NCBI GenBank assembly: GCA_034430455.1
Contig: DAOUEO010000050.1
Span: 1 to 33,881 of the forward strand
Direction: 5' to 3'
DNA from: Dehalococcoidia bacterium
GTDB taxonomy: Bacteria; Chloroflexota; Dehalococcoidia; DSTF01; JALHUB01
DNA length: 33,881 nucleotides
Made by a program: the position numbers and the translations under genes. Of this stretch, positions 1-9,470 are shown piece after piece; the first letter of the stretch is position 1, and every line of letters starts with the position of its first letter. The notes beneath the pieces are model-generated. The model was given only the letters and a program-made list of their open reading frames with translations. It was not told where the DNA came from and did not search any database.

Positions 1-928
1 TCAGCAGATAGCCGAAGTGGGCGATCGACGAGTAGGCAAGGATGCGCTTGACGTTGTTCTGGAGCAGCGCCAGCAGGTTCCCCGCCAGCATGGAGGCGAT
101 GGCGACGGCGGAGAAGATCCAGAACAGGGCGTCGTCGGCGTGGAAGTCGATCTGGGTGAAGAAGCGCAGGAGGAGGGCGAACATCCCGGCCTTCGATACG
201 GTCGCCACGAGGGCGGAGACCGGCGCCGGCGCCCCCTGGTAGACGTCCGCCGCCCACATGTGGAACGGCACCACCGCCAGCTTGTAGCCCACGCCGACCA
301 CCATCATGGCGAGGCCGGCGATGAAGAAGACCTGCTCGGAATCGCCCAGGCCGCCGCGCCTCGACGCGATCTCCCCGAACTCCATCGACCCGATCTCGGC
401 ATACACGAGCGCCATGCCGAACAGCAGGAAGGCGGTGGAAACGGCGGCGAGGACCAGGTACTTGACCGCCGCCTCGATACATACCTCTCTTGTGCGCCGG
501 TAGCCGACGAGGGCGTAGAGGGAGATACTGAGTATCTCCAGCCCCAGGAAGAACGAGGCGAAGTGGCTGCTCGCCACGAGCACCGACGAGCCGAGCGTCG
601 CCAGGAGCAGCAGGATCCAGAACTCCTCTCGCTCTCCCGTGCCCGTCCGCATGTACTCGTAGGAGAGCAAGGCGATCACGGCAGCGGTCGCGAACAGCAG
701 CCCCATGTAGAAGAGGGCGTAGTCATCGAAGACGAACAGCTCGGTCGACTGGCGGGCGCTCTGTGTCGCCGAGACGGGCAGCATCGCGAAGGCCAGCACC
801 AGCCCCAGGAGGGTGAGACCGGCGCAGACCTGGTACTGACGCCGGAAGGCGATGGCGAGCATGACCGCCACCGGCGCCGCCGCCAGCACAATCAGGGGCA
901 GAATCACGACCAGCTCGGAACGGGTCAT
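1..928 (-). CDS. nuoN: NADH-quinone oxidoreductase subunit N; 3' end lies beyond the left window edge
   Basis: Absent from the ORF track because it is open at the edge. My reverse-strand translation from ATG 928..926 reads MTRSELVVILPLIVLAAAPVAVMLAIAF...LEILSISLYALVGY...GYKLAVVPFHMWAADVYQGAPAPVSALVATVSKAG...NVKRILAYSSIAHFGYLL, an antiporter-like ND2/NuoN pattern. It has an ATGA start/stop overlap with nuoM and sits last in the nuoA-N order. Confidence 0.9.
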   Translation of the reverse strand, partial: MTRSELVVILPLIVLAAAPVAVMLAIAFRRQYQVCAGLTLLGLVLAFAMLPVSATQSARQSTELFVFDDYALFYMGLLFATAAVIALLSYEYMRTGTGEREEFWILLLLATLGSSVLVASSHFASFFLGLEILSISLYALVGYRRTREVCIEAAVKYLVLAAVSTAFLLFGMALVYAEIGSMEFGEIASRRGGLGDSEQVFFIAGLAMMVVGVGYKLAVVPFHMWAADVYQGAPAPVSALVATVSKAGMFALLLRFFTQIDFHADDALFWIFSAVAIASMLAGNLLALLQNNVKRILAYSSIAHFGYLL

Positions 929-2493
929 CTGGTATCTCCGCTATGCGACGGCGGCTGCGCGCGCGACGACGTGTCCACCACCGGCGAGCTCTCTGAGGGC
1001 AGTTGGCTCTGTGAGCTGCTGACGCTCTGCTGCAAGTTGTGGATGGAGTCCTTGGCGGTGCTCAGAACGGTCTTCGGGTAGACGCCGAGCCAGACGATGA
1101 CCCCGGCCATCGTCAGCAGGATCGCCGCCTCCCGCGGGGTGATGTCGGGCAGCTTCCACTGGCGGGTGTTCGGGCCCTGGAAGACGACCTGGACCATCCA
1201 GAGCGAGTAGACAGCCGAGAAGACCAGCCCCAACGTAGCCATGACGGCCAGCGGGAGGTTCGACTGGTAGGCGCCAAGGACGACGAGGAACTCGCCCACG
1301 AAGTTGCCCAGCCCGGGTAGGCCGAGCGACGCTATGGCGAAGAAGAGGGCGATGCCGCTCATCTTGGGGATCGTCGCCCACAGGCCCTCCATCTGGGATA
1401 TCTCCCGCGTATGGATCCTCTGCTGCAGGTCGCCAACGATGATGAAGAGGGCGCCCGTGCTCATGGCGTGCGCCAGCATGATCATGACGGCGCCCTGCAG
1501 CGCGAGCTCATTCCAGGCGAAGATGCCCAGCAGGACGAAGCCCATATGGCTGACGCTGGTATAGGCCACCAGCCGCTTGATGTCGGTCTGGGAGAAGGCG
1601 AGCACCGCTCCGTAGAGGATGCTGACGACCGCTATCGCCATGACGATGGTCTGGAAGTCGAGCGCCGCATCGGGGAAGAGGGGCACGAGGAAGCGTATCA
1701 TTCCGTAGGCGCCGGCCTTCAGGACGAGCCCCGCCAGGATGACGCTGCCCGCCGTGGGCGCCTGAGTATGGGCGTCGGGGAGCCAGGTGTGCAGCGGCAC
1801 CGCCGGCAGCTTGATGGCGAAGGCGGCCAGGAACCCCAGCATCAGCCAGCGCGCCGTCCACTCCGCCATCGGCGTGCCGAGGAGCTGCGAGTAGTCGAAG
1901 GTGTAGACCCCCGTCGCCCGGCCGTGGACGAAGTAGAGGCCCAGGATGCTCACGAGCATCAGGACGCCGCCGGCCTGGGTGAAGAGGAAGAACTTGAACG
2001 ATGCGTAGATTCGGTTCTCATACCCCCAGATACCGATCAGGAAGTAGAGGGGAATGAGCATCATCTCCCAGAAGAAGTAGAACAGGAAGAGGTCGATCGC
2101 CGTGAAGACGCCCATTATCGCCGCCACGATCCACAGCAGGTTGAAGTGGAAGAAGCCGACCCGTTCCTTGACGGAGCTCCAGGACGCCGCAACGGAGATG
2201 ATGCCGATGAAGTTGGTGAGGACGAGGAAGAGAAGGCTCAGCCCGTCCATCGCCAGGTGGTAGTGGATGCCCAGCTGCGAGATCCAGGTCCGGTCGGTCT
2301 CGATGAGCCAGTCTCCCCGCTCCGCGGAGCTGCCCGGGCCGAAGTACTTGATCCAGAGCGCTATGAGGATGATCTGGGTGATGGAAAGGGCGATGAGCGA
2401 GATCCAGCGCGGCCACGACTGGCTCCAGCGGCTGGATATCCAGGCTAGAAGGCCTCCCCCGAAGATGGCGATGATAATGCAGGTCAGTATCAT
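925..2493 (-). CDS. nuoM: NADH-quinone oxidoreductase subunit M
   Basis: 522-aa polytopic ORF with ND4/NuoM blocks (WLPDAHTQAPTAGSVILAGLVLKAGAYG, RLVAYTSVSHMGFVLLG). It lies between nuoL and nuoN and shares ATGA overlaps with both. Confidence 0.95.
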   Translation of the reverse strand: MILTCIIIAIFGGGLLAWISSRWSQSWPRWISLIALSITQIILIALWIKYFGPGSSAERGDWLIETDRTWISQLGIHYHLAMDGLSLLFLVLTNFIGIISVAASWSSVKERVGFFHFNLLWIVAAIMGVFTAIDLFLFYFFWEMMLIPLYFLIGIWGYENRIYASFKFFLFTQAGGVLMLVSILGLYFVHGRATGVYTFDYSQLLGTPMAEWTARWLMLGFLAAFAIKLPAVPLHTWLPDAHTQAPTAGSVILAGLVLKAGAYGMIRFLVPLFPDAALDFQTIVMAIAVVSILYGAVLAFSQTDIKRLVAYTSVSHMGFVLLGIFAWNELALQGAVMIMLAHAMSTGALFIIVGDLQQRIHTREISQMEGLWATIPKMSGIALFFAIASLGLPGLGNFVGEFLVVLGAYQSNLPLAVMATLGLVFSAVYSLWMVQVVFQGPNTRQWKLPDITPREAAILLTMAGVIVWLGVYPKTVLSTAKDSIHNLQQSVSSSQSQLPSESSPVVDTSSRAQPPSHSGDTR

Positions 2494-4376
2494 ATGAGCA
2501 CCACGATTGCCACCGCTACTATGCCCCCGAAGGCGACGCCCGCCGCGTACCAGCGCAGCCTGCCGGTCTGCGTGTCGCTGAGGACCCCGTTGGCGATGCG
2601 CGCCGTCCAGGCGATGAACACGTAGATCTGGTCGAAGAGGTCGCTGCGGTTGGCGCGCGCCACCCAGACAAAGGGCCGGACAAGCAGTCTATCGTACAGC
2701 CAGTCGAAGCCCCAACCGACGAACCAGAACTGGTGCAGCGCCTTCCCCAGGGGCGTCCGGACGAGGCTGCCCACCACCTGCGGCGACCGCATGAAGAGCA
2801 GGTACGCCAGCGCGACCCCGCCGAGGGAGACGAACGCCGCCGCGATCTGCAGGTTGGCGACGGTGCTCTTCGCCAGCTCTTCCGTCTCGGGGAGCGAGGT
2901 GTGCAGGAAGTCAGAGAACCAGAGGCGATGGCCCAGGGTCTCCGGCAGGTCGACGAAGCCGCCCACTATGGAGAGGAAGGCGAGCACGACCAGCGGCAAC
3001 CAGATGCGTATCCCCACCTTGTAGTGGAACGGCGTCCGTACCTCGCCGAAGAAGGTAAGGAAGATCATCCGGAAGGTGTAGAGCGAGGTGAGCACGGCGC
3101 CGAACAGACCCGCCGCCCACAGCCAGCGCCCCCCGGCGTCCGACGCCCAGGCTCCGGCGAGGATTGCGTCCTTGCTGTAGAAGCCGGCCGTCACCAGCGG
3201 CAGCGCGGCCAGCGAGATCGAGCCGGCAAGGAACGTCCAGAATACGACCGGCGTCTGCTTGCGCAGCCCGCCCATCTTGAACATGTCCTGCTCGTGGTGC
3301 AGCCCCAGGATGATGGTGCCGGCCCCCATGAAGAGGAGCGCCTTGAAGAAGGCGTGCGTCATGAAGTGGAAGATCCCCGCCGACCACGCCCCCACACCGA
3401 CGGCGAGGAACATGTATCCGATCTGGCTGATCGTCGAGTAGGCGAGGCAGCGCTTGATGTCGCGCTGGGTGAGGGCGGTGAATCCCGCCAACACCAGCGT
3501 CCCGGCGCCGACCGCCGCCACCGTCGTGTGGATCACCGGCGCCATCTCGAACAGCACGTGGGTGCGGGCGATGAGGTAGACGCCGGCGGTTACCATCGTC
3601 GCGGCGTGGATGAGGGCGCTGGTCGGCGTCGGGCCGGCCATGGCGTCGGGTAGCCACACCTGGAGGGGCAACTGCGCCGACTTCCCCAGCGCTCCGCCCA
3701 TGATCAGGGCGGCAGCCACGACGGCGATACGGGACCCCTCGATCCAGTGCTCCGGCGCCCGCTCCATCAGGGGCTGGATCTGGAGCGTGTCCAGATGGGT
3801 GAAGAGGAGCAGCAGCCCGACCAGCATCGCCGTGTCGCCCACGCGGGTGACGATGAACGCTTTCCGCGCCGACCGCCCGTTGGCCGGGTCTTTGTACCAG
3901 AAGCCGATCAGGAGGTAGCTGCAGATGCCGACGCCCTCCCAGCCCAGGTAGAGGAGCACGAGGTTGTCGGCGAGGACGAGCGTCAGCATGGAGGCGACGA
4001 AGAGGTTCATGTAGGCGAAGAAGCGGGCGTAGCCCTCGTCTCCCAGCATGTAGTCGGCGGAGTAGAGATGGATGAGGAAGCTGACGACGGCGACGACCAT
4101 GATCATGATCACGGAGAGGGAGTCGAGGTAGAAGGCGATCTCGGGCTTGAAGCTGCCGACGTCTATCCAGGTCCAGACTGTCTGGGTGAAGGCATCGCCC
4201 TCGGGCGCCGAGGCGATGAAGCTGAACCCGATGAGCACGGCGACCAGCGCCGCGAGGCCGACGGAGCCCGCGCCGACGGTCGCCACGAGGCCGCGGTTCA
4301 TCCGGTTGCCGAGCGCTACCAGAACCGCGAATCCGGCAAGGGGCAGGAGCGGGACTAGGAAGAGTAGGTCCAGCAA
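2490..4376 (-). CDS. nuoL: NADH-quinone oxidoreductase subunit L
   Basis: 628-aa polytopic ORF with ND5/NuoL blocks (WLPDAMAGPTPTSALIHAATMVTAGVYL, KRCLAYSTISQIGYMFLAVG). Operon position fits. Confidence 0.95.
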   Translation of the reverse strand: MLDLLFLVPLLPLAGFAVLVALGNRMNRGLVATVGAGSVGLAALVAVLIGFSFIASAPEGDAFTQTVWTWIDVGSFKPEIAFYLDSLSVIMIMVVAVVSFLIHLYSADYMLGDEGYARFFAYMNLFVASMLTLVLADNLVLLYLGWEGVGICSYLLIGFWYKDPANGRSARKAFIVTRVGDTAMLVGLLLLFTHLDTLQIQPLMERAPEHWIEGSRIAVVAAALIMGGALGKSAQLPLQVWLPDAMAGPTPTSALIHAATMVTAGVYLIARTHVLFEMAPVIHTTVAAVGAGTLVLAGFTALTQRDIKRCLAYSTISQIGYMFLAVGVGAWSAGIFHFMTHAFFKALLFMGAGTIILGLHHEQDMFKMGGLRKQTPVVFWTFLAGSISLAALPLVTAGFYSKDAILAGAWASDAGGRWLWAAGLFGAVLTSLYTFRMIFLTFFGEVRTPFHYKVGIRIWLPLVVLAFLSIVGGFVDLPETLGHRLWFSDFLHTSLPETEELAKSTVANLQIAAAFVSLGGVALAYLLFMRSPQVVGSLVRTPLGKALHQFWFVGWGFDWLYDRLLVRPFVWVARANRSDLFDQIYVFIAWTARIANGVLSDTQTGRLRWYAAGVAFGGIVAVAIVVLI

Positions 4377-4377
4377 A

Positions 4378-4689
4378 TCAGCCTCTCATCTTGCTAGCGG
4401 CGTCGACGTCGAGCGTCTTGAAATGACGGTAGAGCTGGAGGGCGAGCGCCAGACCCACCGAGACCTCCGCCGCGGCCATGGTCAGGATGAACAGGAAGAT
4501 GATCTGGCCGTCAGCCTGTCCCCAGCGGTAGCCGGCGACAACGAAGGCGAGGCCGGCGGCGTTCAACATCACCTCCAGGGAGACGAGGATGAAGATGATG
4601 TTGCGCCGCGCCAGGACGCCGATCAGCCCCAGGGAGAACAGGACTCCCGCCAGGAGCAGTCCCTGTTCCATCGAGATCGATGCCATCAA
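4378..4689 (-). CDS. nuoK: NADH-quinone oxidoreductase subunit K
   Basis: 103-aa protein with 3 predicted TM helices and ND4L/NuoK-like sequence ([26 protein letters not shown]). Operon position fits. Confidence 0.93.
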   Translation of the reverse strand: MMASISMEQGLLLAGVLFSLGLIGVLARRNIIFILVSLEVMLNAAGLAFVVAGYRWGQADGQIIFLFILTMAAAEVSVGLALALQLYRHFKTLDVDAASKMRG

Positions 4690-4695
4690 TATCTC

Positions 4696-5226
4696 CTATT
4701 CGGCGAGCTCGTCCCGCCGCTCCTCCATCTCGTCGCGCCGGTAGCGCCGGCCGAGATGGTACGCTCCGATCAGGCCCGCCAGCAGCACCATGGAGGCCAG
4801 CTCCACGCCCAGCAGGTAGGGGCCGAACAGGGCGGATCCCAGCTCACGGGGCTGGATCGCTTCCACCCCGGAGAGCGTACTTGTATTGCGAGCCAGGAGG
4901 TATATGACCTCCCCCATAAGCACGGTGGTGAGGAGCGCCGGCCCGATCAGCGTCGTGGGACGGAGCCAGCGCTTCTCCTGCTCGACGGACTCGCGCCCCA
5001 GGTTGAGAATCATGACGACGAATACGAAGAGGACTATGATCGTGCCGGCGTAGATGATCACTTCCAGCGCCGCGACGACGGGGGCGCCGAGGGTAAAGAA
5101 GACGAGGGCAATCGCCAGGAAGGAGACGATCAGGTAGAGCAGGGAGTGAATAGCGTTCACCCCTGTGATCGCGACCAGGGTGGATACTACCGCCACCACG
5201 GATGAGACGTAGAAGACTTCGTTCAT
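4696..5226 (-). CDS. nuoJ: NADH-quinone oxidoreductase subunit J
   Basis: 176-aa membrane ORF between nuoI and nuoK with an ND6/NuoJ-like N-terminal helices pattern. The call rests mainly on synteny and hydrophobicity. Confidence 0.88.
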   Translation of the reverse strand: MNEVFYVSSVVAVVSTLVAITGVNAIHSLLYLIVSFLAIALVFFTLGAPVVAALEVIIYAGTIIVLFVFVVMILNLGRESVEQEKRWLRPTTLIGPALLTTVLMGEVIYLLARNTSTLSGVEAIQPRELGSALFGPYLLGVELASMVLLAGLIGAYHLGRRYRRDEMEERRDELAE

Positions 5227-5245
5227 GGCAACTTCCGGCGGAGAC

Positions 5246-5758
5246 TCACGGCATCAGATCCCGCAGGTCCAGCGGCGTCTCTTCGTTCTCCGCCTCTCCT
5301 TTGTCCTTGCCGCCGACGGCCAGGCCGGCGACGCGGTAGAAATCGTAGTCCGGGTACTTGCCGGGCCCGTCGATCAGCAGGTCCTCCTTCTCGTAGACCA
5401 GGTTCTCACGCCTGTACTCGCCCATCTCGAAATCGGGGGTGAGCTGGATGGCGTAGGTCGGGCAGGCCTCCTCGCAGAAGCCGCAGAAGATGCAGCGCGA
5501 GAAGTTGATGCGAAAGAACTCGGGGTAGCGCCGTCCTGTCTCGTCCTCGGTCGCCTGAAGGGCGATGCAGTCGGTGGGACAGGCGACCGCGCACAGATAG
5601 CAGGCCACGCAGCGCTCCTGACCGTTGACGCTGGAGAGGATGATCCGCCCGCGCCACCGGGGAGCCAGATACGGCTTCTGCTCCGGGTACTGGACGGTCA
5701 CCCGCCGCTGGAACGCGTGCCGGAAGACCAACCATAAGCCTTTCGCCAAGCTCAGCAT
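5246..5758 (-). CDS. nuoI: NADH-quinone oxidoreductase subunit I (2x[4Fe-4S] ferredoxin-type)
   Basis: Two CxxCxxCxxxCP motifs ([24 protein letters not shown]). The block [35 protein letters not shown]...[10 protein letters not shown] matches my recollection of enterobacterial NuoI. Confidence 0.95.
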   Translation of the reverse strand: MLSLAKGLWLVFRHAFQRRVTVQYPEQKPYLAPRWRGRIILSSVNGQERCVACYLCAVACPTDCIALQATEDETGRRYPEFFRINFSRCIFCGFCEEACPTYAIQLTPDFEMGEYRRENLVYEKEDLLIDGPGKYPDYDFYRVAGLAVGGKDKGEAENEETPLDLRDLMP

Positions 5759-5770
5759 GACACGTCCACC

Positions 5771-6724
5771 TCAGTCTACCGCAAGCACTACGGCGCCCGT
5801 TACGACAAGGTTCAGCAGCGCCAGCGGCAACATGACTTTCCAGCCGAAGGACATCAGCTGGTCATAGCGCAGGCGCGGCCAGGCGGCGCGGAGCAGGATG
5901 AAGAAGGCGACGAAGACGAAACTCTTCAGCGCCAGCCAGACGATCGGCGGCAGGATCGGCCCCCGCCAGCCGCCGAAGAATAGGGTCACGATCATCACCG
6001 ACATGAGGGCGATGCCCAGGTACTCGCCGACGAAGAACATGCCGAACTTGATGCCCGAGTACTCGGAGTGGAACCCGGCCACGATCTCGGCGTCGGCCTC
6101 GGGGAGGTCGAAGGGCACGCGGCGCGTCTCGGCGACGGCGGCGACGAGGAAGACGAAGAGCCCCAGGACCTGCGGCACGCAGTACCACATCGACTTCTGG
6201 CCGTCCACTATCTCCCGCAGGTCGAAGGAGCGGGCCAGCATGACGACGCCCATGAGGGCGAGGCCCATGAAGACCTCGTAGCTCAGCATCTGCGCCGCCG
6301 CGCGCAGCCCCCCCAGCAGAGAGTACTTGTTGTTCGACGCCCAGCCGCCGAGGACGACGCTGTAGACGCCCATCGACGACATGCCGAGGAAGAAGAGCAG
6401 CCCTACGTTCAGGCCCACCACCCCGATGTCGGGGGCAAAGGGAACGACGGTGAAGGACATGAGGACGGCAAGCATGATAAACGCCGGCGCGATGACAAAC
6501 ACCGCCTTGTCGGCGAAGGGGGGTATCCAGTCCTCTTTCCAGAAGATCTTGATCATGTCGGCGGCCGACTGAAGCAAGCCGAAGGGCCCCACGCGGTTCG
6601 GTCCGTAGCGGTCCTGCCACAGCCCCAGCAGCCGGCGCTCCACCCACATCAGCATCGCGCTGATCAGCAGCATGCCCATCGCCACTCCTACGACGGTCAC
6701 CAGCGGACGGATCAGATCGCTCAT
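5771..6724 (-). CDS. nuoH: NADH-quinone oxidoreductase subunit H
   Basis: 317-aa membrane ORF with ND1/NuoH motifs (ERRLLGLWQDRYGPNRVGPFGLLQ, RVPFDLPEAE.E.VAGFHSEYSG). Confidence 0.95.
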   Translation of the reverse strand: MSDLIRPLVTVVGVAMGMLLISAMLMWVERRLLGLWQDRYGPNRVGPFGLLQSAADMIKIFWKEDWIPPFADKAVFVIAPAFIMLAVLMSFTVVPFAPDIGVVGLNVGLLFFLGMSSMGVYSVVLGGWASNNKYSLLGGLRAAAQMLSYEVFMGLALMGVVMLARSFDLREIVDGQKSMWYCVPQVLGLFVFLVAAVAETRRVPFDLPEADAEIVAGFHSEYSGIKFGMFFVGEYLGIALMSVMIVTLFFGGWRGPILPPIVWLALKSFVFVAFFILLRAAWPRLRYDQLMSFGWKVMLPLALLNLVVTGAVVLAVD

Positions 6725-9468
6725 GGCCGCTTGCCTTTCGCTTCGCCTCGCGACGGGCTCTTCAACTCAGCCCAGACGGGCAGGGCCACCCACTCCAGGC
6801 CGGGCAGGCCCGCGGGCAGCGCCGCCAGGCCGGCAGGAAGCGACGCGACGATCTTGACGGGGAGGCGTCGCGTCCACTCGCCCACTACGATATCGATCTG
6901 CCCTTCCTTATCTATATCTATCCCCAGGCTCTCCGCGTCGGCCGGGTTCAGTCCCAGATATGGCTGCGGCGCCAGCTGCGCGACGCCGGGGGCGAGGACG
7001 CTCAGCTCCTCGGAGCCGAAGATGTGATGGGCGGGCACGACAAGCGAGAGGCCGGCGCGCGCCTGGAAGGCGGCGGGCACGTCCGCGAAGTACTGCGCCT
7101 TTGCGCCCGCCGACGGCTCGATGAGGCGCCGGCCGGGGTCGCCGCCCCGCAGCGGACCGCCGACCTCGCTCTGGAACTTGTTGAGGGCCTGGATCGAGTT
7201 CCAGCCCGGCGCCCAGAAGCGGGGGATGAGGGCCGACGGCGGCTGCCCCTGATATCCCTCCATCGAGAAGGAGAGGGGCGAGTCCACGTCTTCGGGAGGC
7301 TTCGGCTCATGCACGCTGACATCCGCCGTCATGGAGGTGCGGCCGCTGAACCTGCCCGGCTGGCGCGCGACCGGCTGGCCGAAGATCCGGAAGTCCGCCG
7401 ACGGCGCGATATCGGCTACGGGCGCGAAGACGGGCGTCGCCGCGGCCAGCGCCGCGACGGCGTCGTCAAACGTGCGCCACTCCTCCAGGCCCGGCCGTCC
7501 GGCGGCGACGGCGAGGTCGCGCAGCCAGCGCCAGCTCTCCTGAGAGTCGTCGCCCGGAGGGAGCACTTTGTAATAACGCTGCGCCCGGCCCTCGCTGCTC
7601 ACGAGCGTGCCGTCCGCGTCGGCGAAGGTGGCGGCGGGCAGGAGAACGTCGGCCTTCTCGGCGGTCGCGTTGGTAGTATGATCGATGACGATAACGTGCC
7701 CGGCGTTCTTTAGTAATGCGTCCACCGAGTCGGCGGCGGCGCGGCGGTAGAGGTCGTTCTCCAGGATGATCACCGTGTTCGCCTTCCCCGACTTCAGCGC
7801 TTTCGGCGCCGACTCGAGGTCGCCGCCGCCCATGAGGGCAAGGCCGAGGCTGTTGCACTCCGGCAAGGCGAAGGAGAGCTCCGCCGGCCGTCCCTTGCGG
7901 CGCAATGCCCAGGCGACGTTCGCGGCCGCCTGCAGGAGGGCCTCGCTGCCGGCGCCCGTCCCGGAGACGACGAGCGGCCTCTCGGCTTCCATGAGCGCCG
8001 CCGCGATCTCTTCCGCCAGAGCGCCGACGCCGTCCGGCAGGCGGTCGACCGCCGGCGCTTTCGGGTCCAGGAGGCGCGCGACGGCGAAGCCCAGGCGGGC
8101 GAGAGCGTCGGGCGCGGCGCGGTACGTCTTGGTTGCGATCTCATCCAGCTTGGTGCCGTAGGGAGCGGCGATGAAGAGCGGCCCTTTATCCTCGTGGATA
8201 GCGCGACGGACGCCCGCGTCATCCCACTCGCACAACTGGAGCTTGGGGACGATCTTCATGGGCTTCCGGCGCACCGACTGCCGCAGCGCCAGCGCCACCA
8301 TCGGCGCCGTCTGGGTCACGTCTTCTCCAAGCACGAGGACGGCGTCGCACAGGCCGATCTCGGAGAGGGAGGGCGACCGCGCCGGCCCCTTCTGGAGGAT
8401 CTCCAGCGCCGTGAGGGTCAACCGGTGGTCGCCGGCACTCACACCGGCGTAAAAGTTGCCGTCGCCGACCAGGGTTCGCAGGGCGAGGTTCGCCTCCAGA
8501 GACGCGCGCGGCGACCCGATGCCGACGGCCTTCCCGCCGCCGGATAGGAAGGAGGCCGCCAGCGCCAGCGCGTCATCTCTCTGCGCAGGCGCCGCCGCGG
8601 CGTCGGGCTTCGGGCGGGCAAGCACCCGGCGGACGCGCCGCGGGCCGTCGACGAACTCGTAGCCGTAGCGGCCGCGGTCGCAGAGGAAGTAGCCGTTCAC
8701 CTCGCCGTTGTAGCGATTGCGGATCCGCCGCAGCGTTCCCTGGCGCTCGCCGGGGATGATGTTGCAGCCGACGGCGCAGTGCACGCAGACGGAGGGCGCG
8801 GTCCGCAGGTTCCACGCGCGCGTGTAGTGCTCTCTCTGCCTCTTGTCGGTGAAGACGCCGGTGGGGCATATCTCCACGAGGTTGCCGCTGAACTCGCTCT
8901 CCAGGACACCGTCTTTCTGACGGCCAAAGAAGACGTGGTTCCTCAGACCGAAGGCCTCGAAGTCGCGCCCGCCGGCGTAGTCGCGGTAGAAACGCAGGCA
9001 ACGGTAGCACTGGATGCAGCGGTTCATCTCGTGGTTTACCAGCGGCCCCAGCTCCTGGTTGCGGAAGGTGCGCTTCTTGCCGATGAAGCGGCGGTAGGCG
9101 TGCCCCATCAGCACTGTCATGTCCTGAAGGTGGCATTCGCCGCCCTCGTCGCAGACGGGGCAGTCATGGGGGTGGCTCGCCATCATCAACTCGATGACGC
9201 TGCGACGGAACTCCTGCGCCTCGTCATCCTCGATGGAGATGCGCGTGCCCTCCAGGGCCGGCGTCATGCAGGCCATGACGATCTTGCCCCGCGTGTCGCC
9301 CTCATCCCTGAACTGCTTGACGGCGCACTGCCGGCAGGCCCCCACCGAGCCCATGGCCGGGTGCCAGCAGAAGTAGGGCAGGTCGAACCCCAGGGACAGC
9401 GCCGCGTGGAGCAGGTTCTGGCCCTCTTCGACCTCGTAGGCACGGCCATCAATGTAGATCTTCGCCAC
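6721..9468 (-). CDS. nuoG: NADH-quinone oxidoreductase subunit G (75-kDa type, long form of about 915 aa)
   Basis: The track ORF 6721..10557 is over-extended. The real start is most likely GTG 9468..9466, 2 nt after the nuoF TAG stop (9471-9473), giving (M)AKIYIDGRAYEVEEGQNLL. It carries a 2Fe-2S motif (CWHPAMGSVGACRQC...AC), the His-ligated cluster motif HPHDCPVCDEGGEC, CIQCYRCLRF and CPTGVF. Confidence 0.9.
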   Translation of the reverse strand: MAKIYIDGRAYEVEEGQNLLHAALSLGFDLPYFCWHPAMGSVGACRQCAVKQFRDEGDTRGKIVMACMTPALEGTRISIEDDEAQEFRRSVIELMMASHPHDCPVCDEGGECHLQDMTVLMGHAYRRFIGKKRTFRNQELGPLVNHEMNRCIQCYRCLRFYRDYAGGRDFEAFGLRNHVFFGRQKDGVLESEFSGNLVEICPTGVFTDKRQREHYTRAWNLRTAPSVCVHCAVGCNIIPGERQGTLRRIRNRYNGEVNGYFLCDRGRYGYEFVDGPRRVRRVLARPKPDAAAAPAQRDDALALAASFLSGGGKAVGIGSPRASLEANLALRTLVGDGNFYAGVSAGDHRLTLTALEILQKGPARSPSLSEIGLCDAVLVLGEDVTQTAPMVALALRQSVRRKPMKIVPKLQLCEWDDAGVRRAIHEDKGPLFIAAPYGTKLDEIATKTYRAAPDALARLGFAVARLLDPKAPAVDRLPDGVGALAEEIAAALMEAERPLVVSGTGAGSEALLQAAANVAWALRRKGRPAELSFALPECNSLGLALMGGGDLESAPKALKSGKANTVIILENDLYRRAAADSVDALLKNAGHVIVIDHTTNATAEKADVLLPAATFADADGTLVSSEGRAQRYYKVLPPGDDSQESWRWLRDLAVAAGRPGLEEWRTFDDAVAALAAATPVFAPVADIAPSADFRIFGQPVARQPGRFSGRTSMTADVSVHEPKPPEDVDSPLSFSMEGYQGQPPSALIPRFWAPGWNSIQALNKFQSEVGGPLRGGDPGRRLIEPSAGAKAQYFADVPAAFQARAGLSLVVPAHHIFGSEELSVLAPGVAQLAPQPYLGLNPADAESLGIDIDKEGQIDIVVGEWTRRLPVKIVASLPAGLAALPAGLPGLEWVALPVWAELKSPSRGEAKGKRP

Positions 9469-9470
9469 GG

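Noticed and set aside
925-1050. Ser/Gln/Pro-rich C-terminal tail of about 40 aa on NuoM (SIHNLQQSVSSSQSQLPSESSPVVDTSSRAQPPSHSGDTR), and a comparable tail on NuoB (13038 to about 13160).
   Set aside because: Low-complexity terminal extensions on Nuo membrane and peripheral subunits are common lineage-specific variation. Nothing in the sequence suggests a separate function.
17-1081. Long plus-strand ORF (354 aa) and similar long ORFs opposite known genes: 1411..2448 +, 2733..3653 +, 4147..5205 +, 6068..7027 +, 9501..11468 +, 11344..13041 +, 15989..17035 -, 24404..25138 -, 25431..26249 -, 27547..29103 -.
   Set aside because: These are typical high-GC shadow ORFs. Their products are Arg/Gly/Pro/Asp/His-rich low-complexity sequence with no recognisable motifs. 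Each lies antisense to, or out of frame with, a gene that has strong family signatures.
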